From Chitinophagaceae bacterium (GTDB taxonomy: Bacteria > Bacteroidota > Bacteroidia > Chitinophagales > Chitinophagaceae), in the NCBI GenBank assembly GCA_035302865.1, contig DATGSF010000164.1, positions 1-36,682 of the forward strand: DNA of 36,682 bases, in the 5' to 3' direction. A program made the translations under genes and the position numbers. The notes beneath the pieces were generated by a model. The model did no database searches. It had not been told where the DNA came from and worked only from the letters and a program-made list of their open reading frames with translations. Shown piece after piece: positions 8,971 to 19,041 of this stretch. Numbering within the stretch: position 1 is the first letter of the stretch; each line of letters opens with the position of its first letter.

Positions 8971-8978
8971 GATTTTAT

Positions 8979-10358
8979 TTATTTAACTATTGATTTTATA
9001 TTAGAAAATTCAAACAATGCCATAAAGCTTAACTCTCTTCCATATCCGCTTTGCTTTATTCCCCCAAAAGGCATTGCAGGGTGGCTTGAAACCATATCAT
9101 TAATTGCTATACTTCCTGTATCCATATATTTTAATGCAAGATTATATGCAAAATTCCTATCTTCTGAAAATATTGCTCCTCCTAAACCATAGGGTGTAGC
9201 ATTAGCAATTTGAAATGCTTCATCTAGACTTGAAAATTTATATAATTGGGCTACTGGTCCAAATAATTCTTCCTTAAATACAGGGTTGTCTTTCTTGATG
9301 TTTTCAATAATTGTAGGTTCATAGTAAGCACTATTCTCATCAAAGTCATTGTTGTTAATTAATATGTTAGCCCCATGACTGATAGCTTTTTTAACTTGAT
9401 CATGTAAATGCTTTTTAGCTTCAATGTTTACCATGGGACCCAATTTGTTTTCAGTATTCATTGGATTTCCTAATGTGTATTTTTGCAATTCTAAAATTGC
9501 CTTATTTTTAAATTCTGAATATATTTTTTCATCTACTATCCAACGTTTTGCTGCGATACAGCTTTGACCTGCATTATTTAATCTTGATTTAACGCATTTT
9601 TCTACTGCTAAATCAATATTTGCATCTTCCAATACAATATAGGCATCAGATCCTCCAAGTTCTAATACATGCTTTTTTAAATGTGCACCTGCAGTTTTTG
9701 CAATGATTTTTCCGACCTCGCTGCTTCCAGTAAAAGCAATAACATCTATATTAGGGTGTGCAATTATTGGTTCGGTATCTGCTCCAGATACTATCAATGT
9801 TTGAAATAAGCCTGCGGGAGCTCCAGCTTCATTTACAATTTTTTCTATTTGCAGAGCGCATCCTGTAACATTAGAAGCGTGCTTTAATAACATGGTGTTT
9901 CCTGCTAATATAGCTGGAGCCATTGCTCTAAAAACTTGCCAATATGGAAAATTCCAGGGCATGATTGCTAATAAGGTTCCTAATGGAGCTAACTCTATAT
10001 ATGCTTCTTTATCAATAAAGTCCACTTTTTGTGCTTTGAGCCACTGCGCTCCATTTTTGGCATAAAACTGTAAACAGAATGCTGATTTTTCTACTTCAGC
10101 TAAGGATTGTGCTAAAGGCTTCCCCATTTCTAAAGTGCATATTTTAGCTAATTCCTGTTTGTTTTGTAATACTTTCTCAGCTATACTATTTAAAATTGCT
10201 GCTCTTTCTTCAATACTTGTTTTTTTCCAAGAATTACTTGTATCTTTACTTAATAAAATTTTACTTATAAGTTCTTCTTTTGTATGAAGAGTATAAGTAT
10301 TTATTATTTCTTGATTATGTGGATTTATGCTATTTATTGTAGGGCGTTCCGTTTGCAT
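8979..10358 (-). CDS. NAD(P)-dependent aldehyde dehydrogenase (succinate-semialdehyde dehydrogenase-like)
   Basis: ALDH catalytic motifs LELGGSDA (Glu) and GQSCIAAKR (Cys), plus FTGSSEVG. 459 aa. Confidence 0.85.
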   Translation of the reverse strand: MQTERPTINSINPHNQEIINTYTLHTKEELISKILLSKDTSNSWKKTSIEERAAILNSIAEKVLQNKQELAKICTLEMGKPLAQSLAEVEKSAFCLQFYAKNGAQWLKAQKVDFIDKEAYIELAPLGTLLAIMPWNFPYWQVFRAMAPAILAGNTMLLKHASNVTGCALQIEKIVNEAGAPAGLFQTLIVSGADTEPIIAHPNIDVIAFTGSSEVGKIIAKTAGAHLKKHVLELGGSDAYIVLEDANIDLAVEKCVKSRLNNAGQSCIAAKRWIVDEKIYSEFKNKAILELQKYTLGNPMNTENKLGPMVNIEAKKHLHDQVKKAISHGANILINNNDFDENSAYYEPTIIENIKKDNPVFKEELFGPVAQLYKFSSLDEAFQIANATPYGLGGAIFSEDRNFAYNLALKYMDTGSIAINDMVSSHPAMPFGGIKQSGYGRELSFMALFEFSNIKSIVK

Positions 10359-10418
10359 AATTGTATAAAAATTTAAAATTAGAAATTAAAGATAAGCTAT
10401 TCAGCTAAATAAATAGTG

Positions 10419-10426
10419 TATCTTTG
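10419..10426 (+). promoter_or_regulatory. -7 box TATCTTTG, candidate accD promoter
   Basis: Exact TAnnTTTG match, 79 nt upstream of the accD ATG. This implies a ~70-nt leader. Confidence 0.4.
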
Positions 10427-10505
10427 TGTATAAAAGCAACAATAATAAATAAAAAATTGTTGTAAATATTATTTAAAACATAAAGTAAATAAAAATATTA
10501 AATTT

Positions 10506-11357
10506 ATGGCATCATCTTGGTTTCAACGAATTACAAAAGGTATTATGACAGAAACAAAGGAGAAAAAGGAAGCTCCTGATGGCTTATGGCATAAGTGTCC
10601 CGAATGTCGTCATACTATTACTAAACATGAGTTGAGCAGTAATTTATTTGTTTGCCCAAAATGTAATTTTCACAATAGAATAAACGCAGCGGAATATTTT
10701 GATATTCTGTTTGATGAGGGTGAGTTTGAAGAGTTGTTTGATAATATAGAATCTATTGATAAGTTATCCTTTGTTGATGTGCGATCTTATACGGAACGAT
10801 TAGAGAAAGCACAAGTTAGTACAGGCTTAAAAGATGCTATGTCTGTTGCCAAAGGAAAGGTAATGGATAAGTCTATTGTTATAGCATGTATGAATTTTAA
10901 CTTTATAGGAGGTTCGATGGGTTCAGTAATGGGTGAAAAAATAGCAAGATCAATTGATTATTGCATTAAACATAATTTGCCTTTTATGATTATAAGCAAA
11001 TCTGGAGGAGCTCGTATGATGGAGAGTGCCTTTTCACTTATGCAGATGGCTAAAACTTCAGCGAAGTTAACACAATTATCGGATGCGAAATTACCTTATA
11101 TTTCATTAATGACTGATCCAACAACAGGTGGTGTAACAGCATCATTTGCTATGTTAGGAGATATTAATATAGCTGAACCTAATGCTTTGATAGGCTTTGC
11201 TGGTCCACGTGTTATTAAAGAGACAATTCGTAAAGATTTACCTGAAGGTTTTCAAAGAAGTGAATTTTTATTAGAACATGGATTTTTAGATTATATTTCA
11301 GATAGAAAAGATCTAAGAGAGAACATTGCATCTGCAATAAATTGGTTTGTGGGTTAA
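10506..11357 (+). CDS. accD: acetyl-CoA carboxylase carboxyltransferase beta subunit
   Basis: N-terminal zinc ribbon CPECRHTI...CPKCNFH, followed by the carboxyltransferase domain ([14 protein letters not shown]). Confidence 0.92.
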   Translation: MASSWFQRITKGIMTETKEKKEAPDGLWHKCPECRHTITKHELSSNLFVCPKCNFHNRINAAEYFDILFDEGEFEELFDNIESIDKLSFVDVRSYTERLEKAQVSTGLKDAMSVAKGKVMDKSIVIACMNFNFIGGSMGSVMGEKIARSIDYCIKHNLPFMIISKSGGARMMESAFSLMQMAKTSAKLTQLSDAKLPYISLMTDPTTGGVTASFAMLGDINIAEPNALIGFAGPRVIKETIRKDLPEGFQRSEFLLEHGFLDYISDRKDLRENIASAINWFVG

Positions 11358-11385
11358 ATTAGTATAGGATTAAAATATTTAAATT

Positions 11386-12393
11386 ATGTCAAACGATAAA
11401 ATGAAAGCGTTAAAAATGACGCTTGATAAAATTGATAAGGATTTTGGTAAAGGATCTGTTATGATGCTTGGCGAAAAACAAGCTGAAGCAATGGATGTAA
11501 TATCTACTGGATCCTTAGGTCTTGATGCTGCTTTAGGTGTAGGAGGCTTGCCAAGAGGTAGAATCGTGGAGATTTATGGACCTGAATCTTCAGGTAAAAC
11601 AACTATTGCTATACATACAATTGCTGAAGCGCAGAAAAAAGGTGGATTATGTGCCATTATTGATGCTGAGCACGCTTTTGATGCAGTGTACGCAAGAAGA
11701 TTAGGAGTAGATGTGGATAATTTATTGATTTCACAACCGGATTACGGAGAGCAAGCTTTAGAAATTGCAGAACGATTGATTCTATCAGGTGCATTAGATG
11801 TTGTTGTTGTTGACTCAGTAGCTGCATTAGTACCTAAAAGTGAATTGGAAGGAGATATGGGAGATAGTAAAATGGGTTTGCAAGCTCGATTAATGAGTCA
11901 AGCTATGCGTAAACTAACAGCAGCTATTTCGAGAACGAAGTGTACTTGTATTTTTATTAATCAATTACGCGAAAAAATTGGTGTCATGTTTGGTAATCCA
12001 GAAACAACCACTGGTGGTAATGCTTTGAAATTCTATTCCTCTGTGCGTTTGGATATTCGTAGAATTAGTCAAATAAAAACTGGAGATATTGCAACAGGAA
12101 ATAGAACACGAGTACGTGTTGTTAAAAATAAAGTAGCACCTCCTTTCAGACAAGTTGAGTTTGATATAGTTTTTGGTGAAGGAATTAGTAAAATAGGAGA
12201 AATTATAGATATGGGAGTGGATTTGGAAATTTTGACTAAGTCTGGCTCATGGTACAGTTATGGAGATAATAAAATAGGTCAAGGGAGAGAAGCTGTAAGA
12301 AAGTTTTTATTAGATAATCCAGAATTTGCTGAAGAAATTGAAATGAAAATTAGGGCTAGCCTAATGCCTGGTGAAGAAGAAGTTGCAGAATAA
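11386..12393 (+). CDS. recA: recombinase RecA
   Basis: Walker [26 protein letters not shown] and [28 protein letters not shown]. Confidence 0.97.
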   Translation: MSNDKMKALKMTLDKIDKDFGKGSVMMLGEKQAEAMDVISTGSLGLDAALGVGGLPRGRIVEIYGPESSGKTTIAIHTIAEAQKKGGLCAIIDAEHAFDAVYARRLGVDVDNLLISQPDYGEQALEIAERLILSGALDVVVVDSVAALVPKSELEGDMGDSKMGLQARLMSQAMRKLTAAISRTKCTCIFINQLREKIGVMFGNPETTTGGNALKFYSSVRLDIRRISQIKTGDIATGNRTRVRVVKNKVAPPFRQVEFDIVFGEGISKIGEIIDMGVDLEILTKSGSWYSYGDNKIGQGREAVRKFLLDNPEFAEEIEMKIRASLMPGEEEVAE

Positions 12394-12417
12394 TTTTCAA
12401 GAAGAGTATAGTTAAAG

Positions 12418-12458
12418 GAGCTAATGTTTAAATTATTTATACATTAGCTCTTTTTTTT
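12418..12458 (+). terminator. intrinsic terminator after recA
   Basis: gagctaatgt / acattagctc form a 10-bp stem, followed by a run of 8 T. Confidence 0.8.
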
Positions 12459-12494
12459 ACAATAAATTTATTTTTTATTCGAAGGTATAGATAC

Positions 12495-12502
12495 TATCTT
12501 TG
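12495..12502 (+). promoter_or_regulatory. -7 box TATCTTTG for the pterin synthase/folE pair
   Basis: Exact TAnnTTTG match, 15 nt upstream of the ATG at 12518. Confidence 0.55.
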
Positions 12503-12517
12503 TAAAAAATAAATTGC

Positions 12518-12940
12518 ATGGTTTACTTAACTAGGGTAGAAACCTTTAGTGCCGCTCATAGATTATATAATTCCAACTGGGATGAAGCTAAAAATTATGA
12601 AGTATTCGGAAAATGCTCTCATGAAAACTGGCATGGTCACAATTATGAATTGCACGTAACCGTCAAAGGAGAGGTAGATTTAGATACTGGTTTTGTAATA
12701 AATGCTAAGATGTTAAGTAAAATCATTAAGGAACAAGTATTATCCATAGTAGATCACAAGAATTTGAATATTGATGTGCCTTTTCTTAAAAATAAATTTA
12801 CCACTGTAGAGAATTTAGCAATTGGTATATGGAATATTTTAGAAGAAAAAGTTGCAGAGTGGAATGCAAGTCTGCATTGTGTTCGAATATATGAAACCCC
12901 AAGGATTTTTGTGGAGTATTATGGTGAAAATAAAATATAA
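12518..12940 (+). CDS. queD: COG0720 6-carboxy- / 6-pyruvoyl-tetrahydropterin synthase family protein (QueD/PTPS)
   Basis: FSAAHRL and [16 protein letters not shown] (zinc His ligands plus catalytic Cys). 140 aa. It lies 8 nt upstream of folE. The subfamily is uncertain (see findings). Confidence 0.75.
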   Translation: MVYLTRVETFSAAHRLYNSNWDEAKNYEVFGKCSHENWHGHNYELHVTVKGEVDLDTGFVINAKMLSKIIKEQVLSIVDHKNLNIDVPFLKNKFTTVENLAIGIWNILEEKVAEWNASLHCVRIYETPRIFVEYYGENKI

Positions 12941-12948
12941 AAAGATAT

Positions 12949-13545
12949 ATGGCTTATCATAAAATTGAAGAATACGATCAAGAAACTAGCGAGAAATTAC
13001 AATATCATTATAAAGAAATCCTTAAATTATTAGGTGAAGATGAAGAAAGGGAAGGCTTGATAAAAACACCAGAAAGAGTTGCTAAGGCTATGCAATATAT
13101 GACTAAAGGTTATGAAGAAGATGCCAAAGCGATTATTGAAAAAGCTATGTTTAATGAGGAGTATAATGAAATGGTATTAGTAAAAAATATTGAACTTTAT
13201 AGTCTTTGCGAACATCATATGTTGCCTTTTATAGGTAAAGCACACATTGCTTATATTCCCAACGGGAAAATTACAGGTTTAAGTAAGTTGGCACGCGTAG
13301 TTGATTGTTTTTCTAGAAGATTGCAAGTGCAAGAACGAATGACGGAACAAATATTAGAAGCAATTCAAGAAACTTTAAATCCTAAAGGTGTAGGGGTTGT
13401 AATAGAGGCAAAACACATGTGTATGATGATGCGCGGAGTGTCTAAACAAAATAGTAGTACTACTACTTCTGCTTTTAGTGGGTTGTTTTTACAACAAGAA
13501 ACTCGTTCAGAGTTCTTAAAATTGATAGCGAAAGAGTTAGATTAA
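12949..13545 (+). CDS. folE: GTP cyclohydrolase I
   Basis: Signatures [10 protein letters not shown] and [15 protein letters not shown]. Confidence 0.93.
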   Translation: MAYHKIEEYDQETSEKLQYHYKEILKLLGEDEEREGLIKTPERVAKAMQYMTKGYEEDAKAIIEKAMFNEEYNEMVLVKNIELYSLCEHHMLPFIGKAHIAYIPNGKITGLSKLARVVDCFSRRLQVQERMTEQILEAIQETLNPKGVGVVIEAKHMCMMMRGVSKQNSSTTTSAFSGLFLQQETRSEFLKLIAKELD

Positions 13546-13619
13546 AAAAATATTTTTTTTATGGGTTACCTTTTATTAATTTAAGAATTAATGATTATAA
13601 AACATAAAAATCAATAAAA

Positions 13620-13883
13620 ATGAAAAAGTATTTTTTAACACTAGCAGCAGCTGGTTTTTTATTTGCATCTTGTGGTGATACAACTACAGAAACTACAAAT
13701 CAAGATATTCAAGACGATGTAGAACAATTAAATGAAGATTTAGCGAACAAAGCAGAACAAGATATGGATCAACTTCAAGCAGAAGCTGAAGCAGTTAAAG
13801 ATTCTGCAGAATTAAAAATGCAAGAATTAAAACAAGACGCAGAGGGTAAAATTGAAGAAGTGAAAATTGAAATTGAAGAATAA
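13620..13883 (+). CDS. small acidic lipoprotein, function unknown
   Basis: Signal peptide plus lipobox (LFASC), then an E/D/Q-rich helical sequence. 87 aa. Confidence 0.5.
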   Translation: MKKYFLTLAAAGFLFASCGDTTTETTNQDIQDDVEQLNEDLANKAEQDMDQLQAEAEAVKDSAELKMQELKQDAEGKIEEVKIEIEE

Positions 13884-13902
13884 TTCGAATTGATTAAGAA
13901 TA

Positions 13903-13938
13903 AAAAATGCGAGAGAAGGATTTCTCTCGCATTTTTTA
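13903..13938. terminator. bidirectional intrinsic terminator between convergent genes
   Basis: aaaaaa-tgcgagaga-aggatt-tctctcgca-tttttt. The stem is 9 bp and is flanked by an A-run and a T-run. Confidence 0.8.
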
Positions 13939-13940
13939 TT

Positions 13941-15827
13941 TTATTCCGCTAGTTCTTGTAACTCTAGCCAGCGCATCTCTTTTTCATCTATTTGGTCTAA
14001 AATGTCTTTATAATTATTTCCAATTTTTTCCATTTCTTCAAAATCCAAATTGGCATTTTGCATCTTTTCCTCAAGTTCTTTTTTTAAAATTTCTAATTTA
14101 GGAAGTTCTTCGTTTAGTAATTTTAATTCTCTTTTTTCATTAAAGCCAAGACGTTTTTTATTTTTTTTAATGATGGGTTTTTCTTTGCTTTCAATTTTCT
14201 TTTCCTCTTGTTTTCTTTTTTCTTCCTGTATTTCTTCTAATGTTCGATACTCACTAAAATTACCAGGGAAATCTTTAATAATCCCTGAGCCTTTAAATAT
14301 AAAAAGATGATCAACCACTCTATCCATGAAATACCTATCATGCGAAATAATTAAAACACAACCTTGGTATTCATTGATAAATTCTTCTAATATTTCTAAT
14401 GTTTGTAAATCCAAGTCATTGGTAGGCTCATCTAAAATTAAGAAATTGGGATTTTGGAATAAGACACTTAAAAGATGCAATCGTTTTTTCTCTCCTCCAC
14501 TAAGTTTAGAAATATATTGGTATTGTTTATCGGTGTTGAACAGGAATTTTTCTAAGAACTGCCCTGCAGATAGAAATTTTCCATTTTTTAAAGGAAATAC
14601 AGATGCAAGATCTTTGACATATTCAATAACTCTCTGGTCTTCGTTATATTGTAAGCCTTCTTGAGAAAAATATCCAAAAGATATTGTTTCACCTATATCC
14701 ACTTTACCTTTATCAATGGATTCTATTCCTTGAATAATTTTTAAAAAAGTTGTTTTTCCAACGCCATTTGGGCCAATAATTCCTACTTTCTCTCCTGCAG
14801 TGAAATTATAGGAAAAGTCATCAAGAATTACTTTATTATCGTATGATTTACTTACCTCTATTAGCTCTACAATTTTTCCTCCTAGCCTTTGCATCTTCAT
14901 TTCTAACTCCATTTTTCTATCTTCCTGGAAATTATGAGCTTTTTTTTGCCATTCATAGAAACGCTCTTCTCGTTTTTTTGATTTGGTAGTACGCGCTCGA
15001 GGTTGTTTCCGCATCCATTCTAATTCTGTTTTAAACCTATTCATTGCCTTTTCTTGATCACTTTGCTGTTTTTCGTAACGAATAGCTTTTTGATTAAGAT
15101 ATTCTTCATAATCTCCTCTTACAATAAATAAGGATTGTTGGTTTAGTTCAAAAATGGTATCACAAACCTCATCAATAAAATACCTATCATGTGAAACTAA
15201 TAATAGTGTAAGCTTAGCATCTTGTAAATAAAACTCTAACCATTCTATCATTTCAATATCCAGATGATTAGTAGGTTCATCCAATAGCAATAAATAATGG
15301 TTATTAGTACTATCAATATGGATAAGTGATTTAGCTAAATTCACTCGTTTTTGTTGACCACCTGATAATTTAGCTATTTTTTCATCTAAATTATAGATTT
15401 TCAATTTAGTAAGTACTTCTTTAGCTTTGGTTTCAAAATCCCAAGCTTGAAACTTATCCATTTCATTTAAAATCTCTTGTAATTCTTGAACCTTGTATTT
15501 ATCAGGAAAATTTAAACTATCCTCGTATTTTTTGACTGTTTGAATAATAGGATGTTCTTGATCAAATAAATAGTCCAAAATACTTTGGTTTTCATTAAAA
15601 GTTATTTGTTGTTGTAAATAAACAATTTCAACATCTTTGGTGATATGTACTTTTCCTTCTTCCGCATTGTCTTTCTGAGCCAATATATTCAAAAGACTAG
15701 TTTTTCCTGTACCATTTGCGGCAACTAATGCTATTTTATCACCTTGATTTATAGTAAAAGAAATATTTTTAAATAATGCTTTATCTGCATGTGTTTTTGA
15801 AAGATTCTCTGCTTTTAGATACAACAT
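13941..15827 (-). CDS. ABC-F family ATPase (two ABC domains, no TM domain, C-terminal coiled coil; Uup-like)
   Basis: Two Walker A motifs (ANGTGKTS, GPNGVGKTT) and two signature motifs (LSGGQQKR, LSGGEKKR). It has a K/E-rich linker and tail. It starts 7 nt after the lptB stop. Confidence 0.9.
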   Translation of the reverse strand: MLYLKAENLSKTHADKALFKNISFTINQGDKIALVAANGTGKTSLLNILAQKDNAEEGKVHITKDVEIVYLQQQITFNENQSILDYLFDQEHPIIQTVKKYEDSLNFPDKYKVQELQEILNEMDKFQAWDFETKAKEVLTKLKIYNLDEKIAKLSGGQQKRVNLAKSLIHIDSTNNHYLLLLDEPTNHLDIEMIEWLEFYLQDAKLTLLLVSHDRYFIDEVCDTIFELNQQSLFIVRGDYEEYLNQKAIRYEKQQSDQEKAMNRFKTELEWMRKQPRARTTKSKKREERFYEWQKKAHNFQEDRKMELEMKMQRLGGKIVELIEVSKSYDNKVILDDFSYNFTAGEKVGIIGPNGVGKTTFLKIIQGIESIDKGKVDIGETISFGYFSQEGLQYNEDQRVIEYVKDLASVFPLKNGKFLSAGQFLEKFLFNTDKQYQYISKLSGGEKKRLHLLSVLFQNPNFLILDEPTNDLDLQTLEILEEFINEYQGCVLIISHDRYFMDRVVDHLFIFKGSGIIKDFPGNFSEYRTLEEIQEEKRKQEEKKIESKEKPIIKKNKKRLGFNEKRELKLLNEELPKLEILKKELEEKMQNANLDFEEMEKIGNNYKDILDQIDEKEMRWLELQELAE

Positions 15828-15834
15828 AATTATT

Positions 15835-16596
15835 TTAATTTTTTTCTTCTTCGTAGAGCCAAGTTTTTCTTTTTAGTTCAAATGCTCTGCCTAAATATAA
15901 TCTTCTTGCTTCTTCATCATTTGCCAACTCTTCTGCAGTTCCCGATTTTAATAATTGCCCTTCATACATTAAATAAGCTCTATCACAAATAGACAAAGTT
16001 TCCCCAACATTATGATCGGTTATCAAAATTCCAATATTTTTATATTTTAACTTTGCTGCTATTCCTTGAATATCTTCTACTGCGATTGGGTCTATTCCAG
16101 CAAAGGGTTCATCAAGAAGTATGAATTTTGGATCTACCGCTAGTGCTCTTGCAATTTCTGTTCTTCTTCTTTCACCGCCACTCAATACGTCACCATTGCT
16201 TTTACGCACTTTTTCTAATTGAAATTCATCTATCAGAGATTCTAACTTGTAATTTTGTTCTTTCTTAGTTAAGTTCGTCATTTCAAGAACGGCTTTTATA
16301 TTGTTCTCTACTGTGAGTTTTCTAAATATGGATGCTTCTTGAGGTAAGTATCCTACGCCCATTTTGGCTCTTTTGTACATAGGGAGTTTTGTAATATTTA
16401 CTTCATTTAGAAAAACCTCTCCTTCATCCGGTTTTACCAAACCAACCACCATGTAGAACGAAGTTGTTTTTCCTGCACCATTTGGACCAAGCAAACCTAC
16501 AATTTCACCTTGGGTTAGCTCAAAAGAAACATTATTTACTACTTTTCTTCCTCTATAACTTTTATTTAATTTATTTGCTTTGATTGTTAACTTCAT
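15835..16596 (-). CDS. lptB: LPS export ABC transporter ATP-binding protein LptB
   Basis: [29 protein letters not shown] and ITDHN. I moved the start to the ATG at 16596 ([10 protein letters not shown]...) because a TAATTTTG -7 box lies inside the track's longer ORF. Confidence 0.88.
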   Translation of the reverse strand: MKLTIKANKLNKSYRGRKVVNNVSFELTQGEIVGLLGPNGAGKTTSFYMVVGLVKPDEGEVFLNEVNITKLPMYKRAKMGVGYLPQEASIFRKLTVENNIKAVLEMTNLTKKEQNYKLESLIDEFQLEKVRKSNGDVLSGGERRRTEIARALAVDPKFILLDEPFAGIDPIAVEDIQGIAAKLKYKNIGILITDHNVGETLSICDRAYLMYEGQLLKSGTAEELANDEEARRLYLGRAFELKRKTWLYEEEKN

Positions 16597-16616
16597 AATA
16601 CGATTGGATTGCATTT

Positions 16617-16624
16617 CAAAATTA
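16617..16624 (-). promoter_or_regulatory. -7 box TAATTTTG (minus strand) for lptB
   Basis: The plus strand reads caaaatta. The minus strand reads TAATTTTG, 20 nt upstream of the ATG at 16596. Confidence 0.5.
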
Positions 16625-16786
16625 CACATTATTCATTGAAAATATGGAAATAATTAAAACAATATCCAAGGTATAAAGATGATGCATTTCTATGGACGCG
16701 TTACTTTATTTTCTATGGGTGATTAAAATTTATTTCTTTAAAAACGATTAATTGTTTAATTTTACCCCTTCAAAATAAATTTAAAT

Positions 16787-18853
16787 ATGGTTAAATTTAA
16801 ATTACAACACATGTTATTGGCAGGAGCCTTATTTACAACAGGAATGCTGTCTTGTTCAGAATCTACTGAAAATAAGAGTCAAAGTAAAAGCAAAGATTTT
16901 GAATATCAAGCGGAATCTTTTGCGGATTTACAGTTACTTCGTTATGAAGTTCCTGGCTGGGATGAGCTATCCTTAGAGCAAAAAGAATTTGCTTATTATC
17001 TTTATGAGGCTGCTTTGGCAGGTAGAGATATTATTTATGATCAAATGGGTAAATATAACCTTCAAGTTCGTAAGATATTAGAAGCAATTTGGAATACGGA
17101 AGATATTGATAAAAATGGAGAAGAATGGGAAGCATTTAAAACTTATTCTGGGCAGGTTTGGTTTAGTAATGGTATTCATCATCATTATTCTAATTATAAG
17201 TTTAAACCAGGATTTAGCTATGAATATTTTGAAAATCTAGTAAAAAAAGCAAAACCTTCGGATTTGCCAACTTTAGATGGAGAAAGTATAGAGGATTTAT
17301 TGGCAGTCATGAAAAAAGTTATTTTTGATGAAACTTATATGCCAATGTCGCAAGATACTAGACCAGGTATTGATCATGTACTTAATGCTGGAATTAACTT
17401 TTATGAAGGGGTAACTGAAGAGGAGGTAATAGCATTCTATGATGGTTTTCCAAAATCTGATATGGAACCAGAGTGGGGGTTAAATTCTAAAGTGATAAAA
17501 AGGGATGGAGAAATTGTAGAAAAAGTATGGAAATCGGGTGGTATGTATGGCGAAGCTATAGATAAAATGATATATTGGATTGAAAAAGCTATTCCTTTAG
17601 CGGAAAATGAGGAGCAAGCTGAAGCTTTACGATTATTAGTTAAATATTATAAATCTGGTGATGTAAATGATTGGGATACTTATAATATAGCTTGGGTAAA
17701 AGATACTGCAAGTATTATCGATTTTACTAGTGGATTTATTGAAGTTTATGCTGATCCTTTAGGTAAAAAAGGTAGCTTTGAAACTGTTTTATCTATGCGT
17801 GATTTTGAATCTACAGCGCGTATTCAAAAAATTTCAAATGAAGCGCAGTGGTTTGAAGATAATTCACCATTAATGGAAGAGCATAAAAAAGAAAATGTTA
17901 CGGGAATATCTGCTAAAGGTATTAATGTTATAGTGGAATCTGGAGATGCGGCACCATCAACACCGATAGGAATTAATTTGCCTAATTCAGATTGGGTTCG
18001 TAAAGAACATGGTTCAAAATCTGTTTCTTTAAATAATATAATTAATGCTTATGGAGCTAATAGTGCTTCTAGTGGGTTCTTAGAAGAATTTGTAGAAGAT
18101 AAGGCAGTTCTTGAAAGAATGAAAAAATATGGTTCCTTAGCAAGTAACTTACACACTGATATGCATGAATGTATCGGACATGCTTCAGGTAAGCTTAATC
18201 CTGGAGTGGGCACCCCTGATAAAACTTTGCGTTCCTACGCTTCACCTTTAGAAGAGGCTAGAGCGGATTTAGTAGCATTATATTATATTATGGATCAAAA
18301 ATTGATTGACATAGATGTAATGCCTTCTTTAGAAGTAGGAAAAGCAGAATATGATTCTTATATGATGAATGGATTATTGACGCAATATACTCGCTTATCT
18401 TTAGGAGAAGATATCCAACAAGCACATATGAGAAATAGAAGCTTGAATGCATATTGGGCAATGGAAAAAGGAAAAGAGGATAATGTAGTAGAGTTTTACG
18501 AAAAAAATGGTAAAACTTATGTACGTATTAATGATTATGAAAAATTACGTGCTATTTTTGGAGAAATGCTTCGTGAAATTCAAAGAATCAAATCAGAAGG
18601 AGATTATGAAGCAGGAAAGCATTTAATTGAAACTTATGGAGTTAAAGTAAATCAAAAACGTCATAAAGAAATCTTAGACAGATATGCATCTTTAGGAGTA
18701 AAACCTTATTCTGGATTTATACAACCAAGATTGGTTCCTGTAAAAGATAAAAATGGTAAAATAACGGATGTTAAATTGGAATATGTAAATTCTTTCTTTG
18801 ACCAGATGTTAGAATATGGATCGAAGTATAGTTTTTTACCGATTCGAAATTAA
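16787..18853 (+). CDS. M49-family dipeptidyl-peptidase III-like zinc peptidase, probable lipoprotein
   Basis: HECIGH (HExxGH) followed by EEARAD (the second zinc motif, EExRAE-like). N-terminal signal peptide with Cys (GMLSC). Confidence 0.82.
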   Translation: MVKFKLQHMLLAGALFTTGMLSCSESTENKSQSKSKDFEYQAESFADLQLLRYEVPGWDELSLEQKEFAYYLYEAALAGRDIIYDQMGKYNLQVRKILEAIWNTEDIDKNGEEWEAFKTYSGQVWFSNGIHHHYSNYKFKPGFSYEYFENLVKKAKPSDLPTLDGESIEDLLAVMKKVIFDETYMPMSQDTRPGIDHVLNAGINFYEGVTEEEVIAFYDGFPKSDMEPEWGLNSKVIKRDGEIVEKVWKSGGMYGEAIDKMIYWIEKAIPLAENEEQAEALRLLVKYYKSGDVNDWDTYNIAWVKDTASIIDFTSGFIEVYADPLGKKGSFETVLSMRDFESTARIQKISNEAQWFEDNSPLMEEHKKENVTGISAKGINVIVESGDAAPSTPIGINLPNSDWVRKEHGSKSVSLNNIINAYGANSASSGFLEEFVEDKAVLERMKKYGSLASNLHTDMHECIGHASGKLNPGVGTPDKTLRSYASPLEEARADLVALYYIMDQKLIDIDVMPSLEVGKAEYDSYMMNGLLTQYTRLSLGEDIQQAHMRNRSLNAYWAMEKGKEDNVVEFYEKNGKTYVRINDYEKLRAIFGEMLREIQRIKSEGDYEAGKHLIETYGVKVNQKRHKEILDRYASLGVKPYSGFIQPRLVPVKDKNGKITDVKLEYVNSFFDQMLEYGSKYSFLPIRN

Positions 18854-18874
18854 ATATTTTTTATTTCACTATTT

Positions 18875-18912
18875 AAAACAGCTGCAAATCAAGATTTGCA
18901 GCTGTTTTTTTT
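18875..18912 (+). terminator. intrinsic terminator after the M49 peptidase gene
   Basis: aaaa-cagctgcaaatc / gatttgcagctg palindrome (10-12 bp stem), followed by 8 T. Confidence 0.85.
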
Positions 18913-19041
18913 AAAGTAGTGTTAATCTTTCTGATTTATGCCTATTTAAGGGTTAAAATTTTATAAATGGGGGAAAACCCTAGTGTAGTGAGAATTTCAT
19001 TTTTTTACCTTCATAAAATTATTGTGAACCAAATTTAAAAA

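Noticed and set aside
12394-12517. A possible preQ1 or THF riboswitch upstream of the pterin synthase/folE pair
   Set aside because: The spacer is filled by the recA terminator and a -7 box only 15 nt from the ATG. That leaves no room for an aptamer.
13907-14664. Three plus-strand ORFs (64, 86 and 112 aa) near or inside the ABC-F gene
   Set aside because: The first starts within the bidirectional terminator hairpin. All three are antisense to the ABC-F gene and are S/F/L-rich mirror images of its K/E-rich codons.
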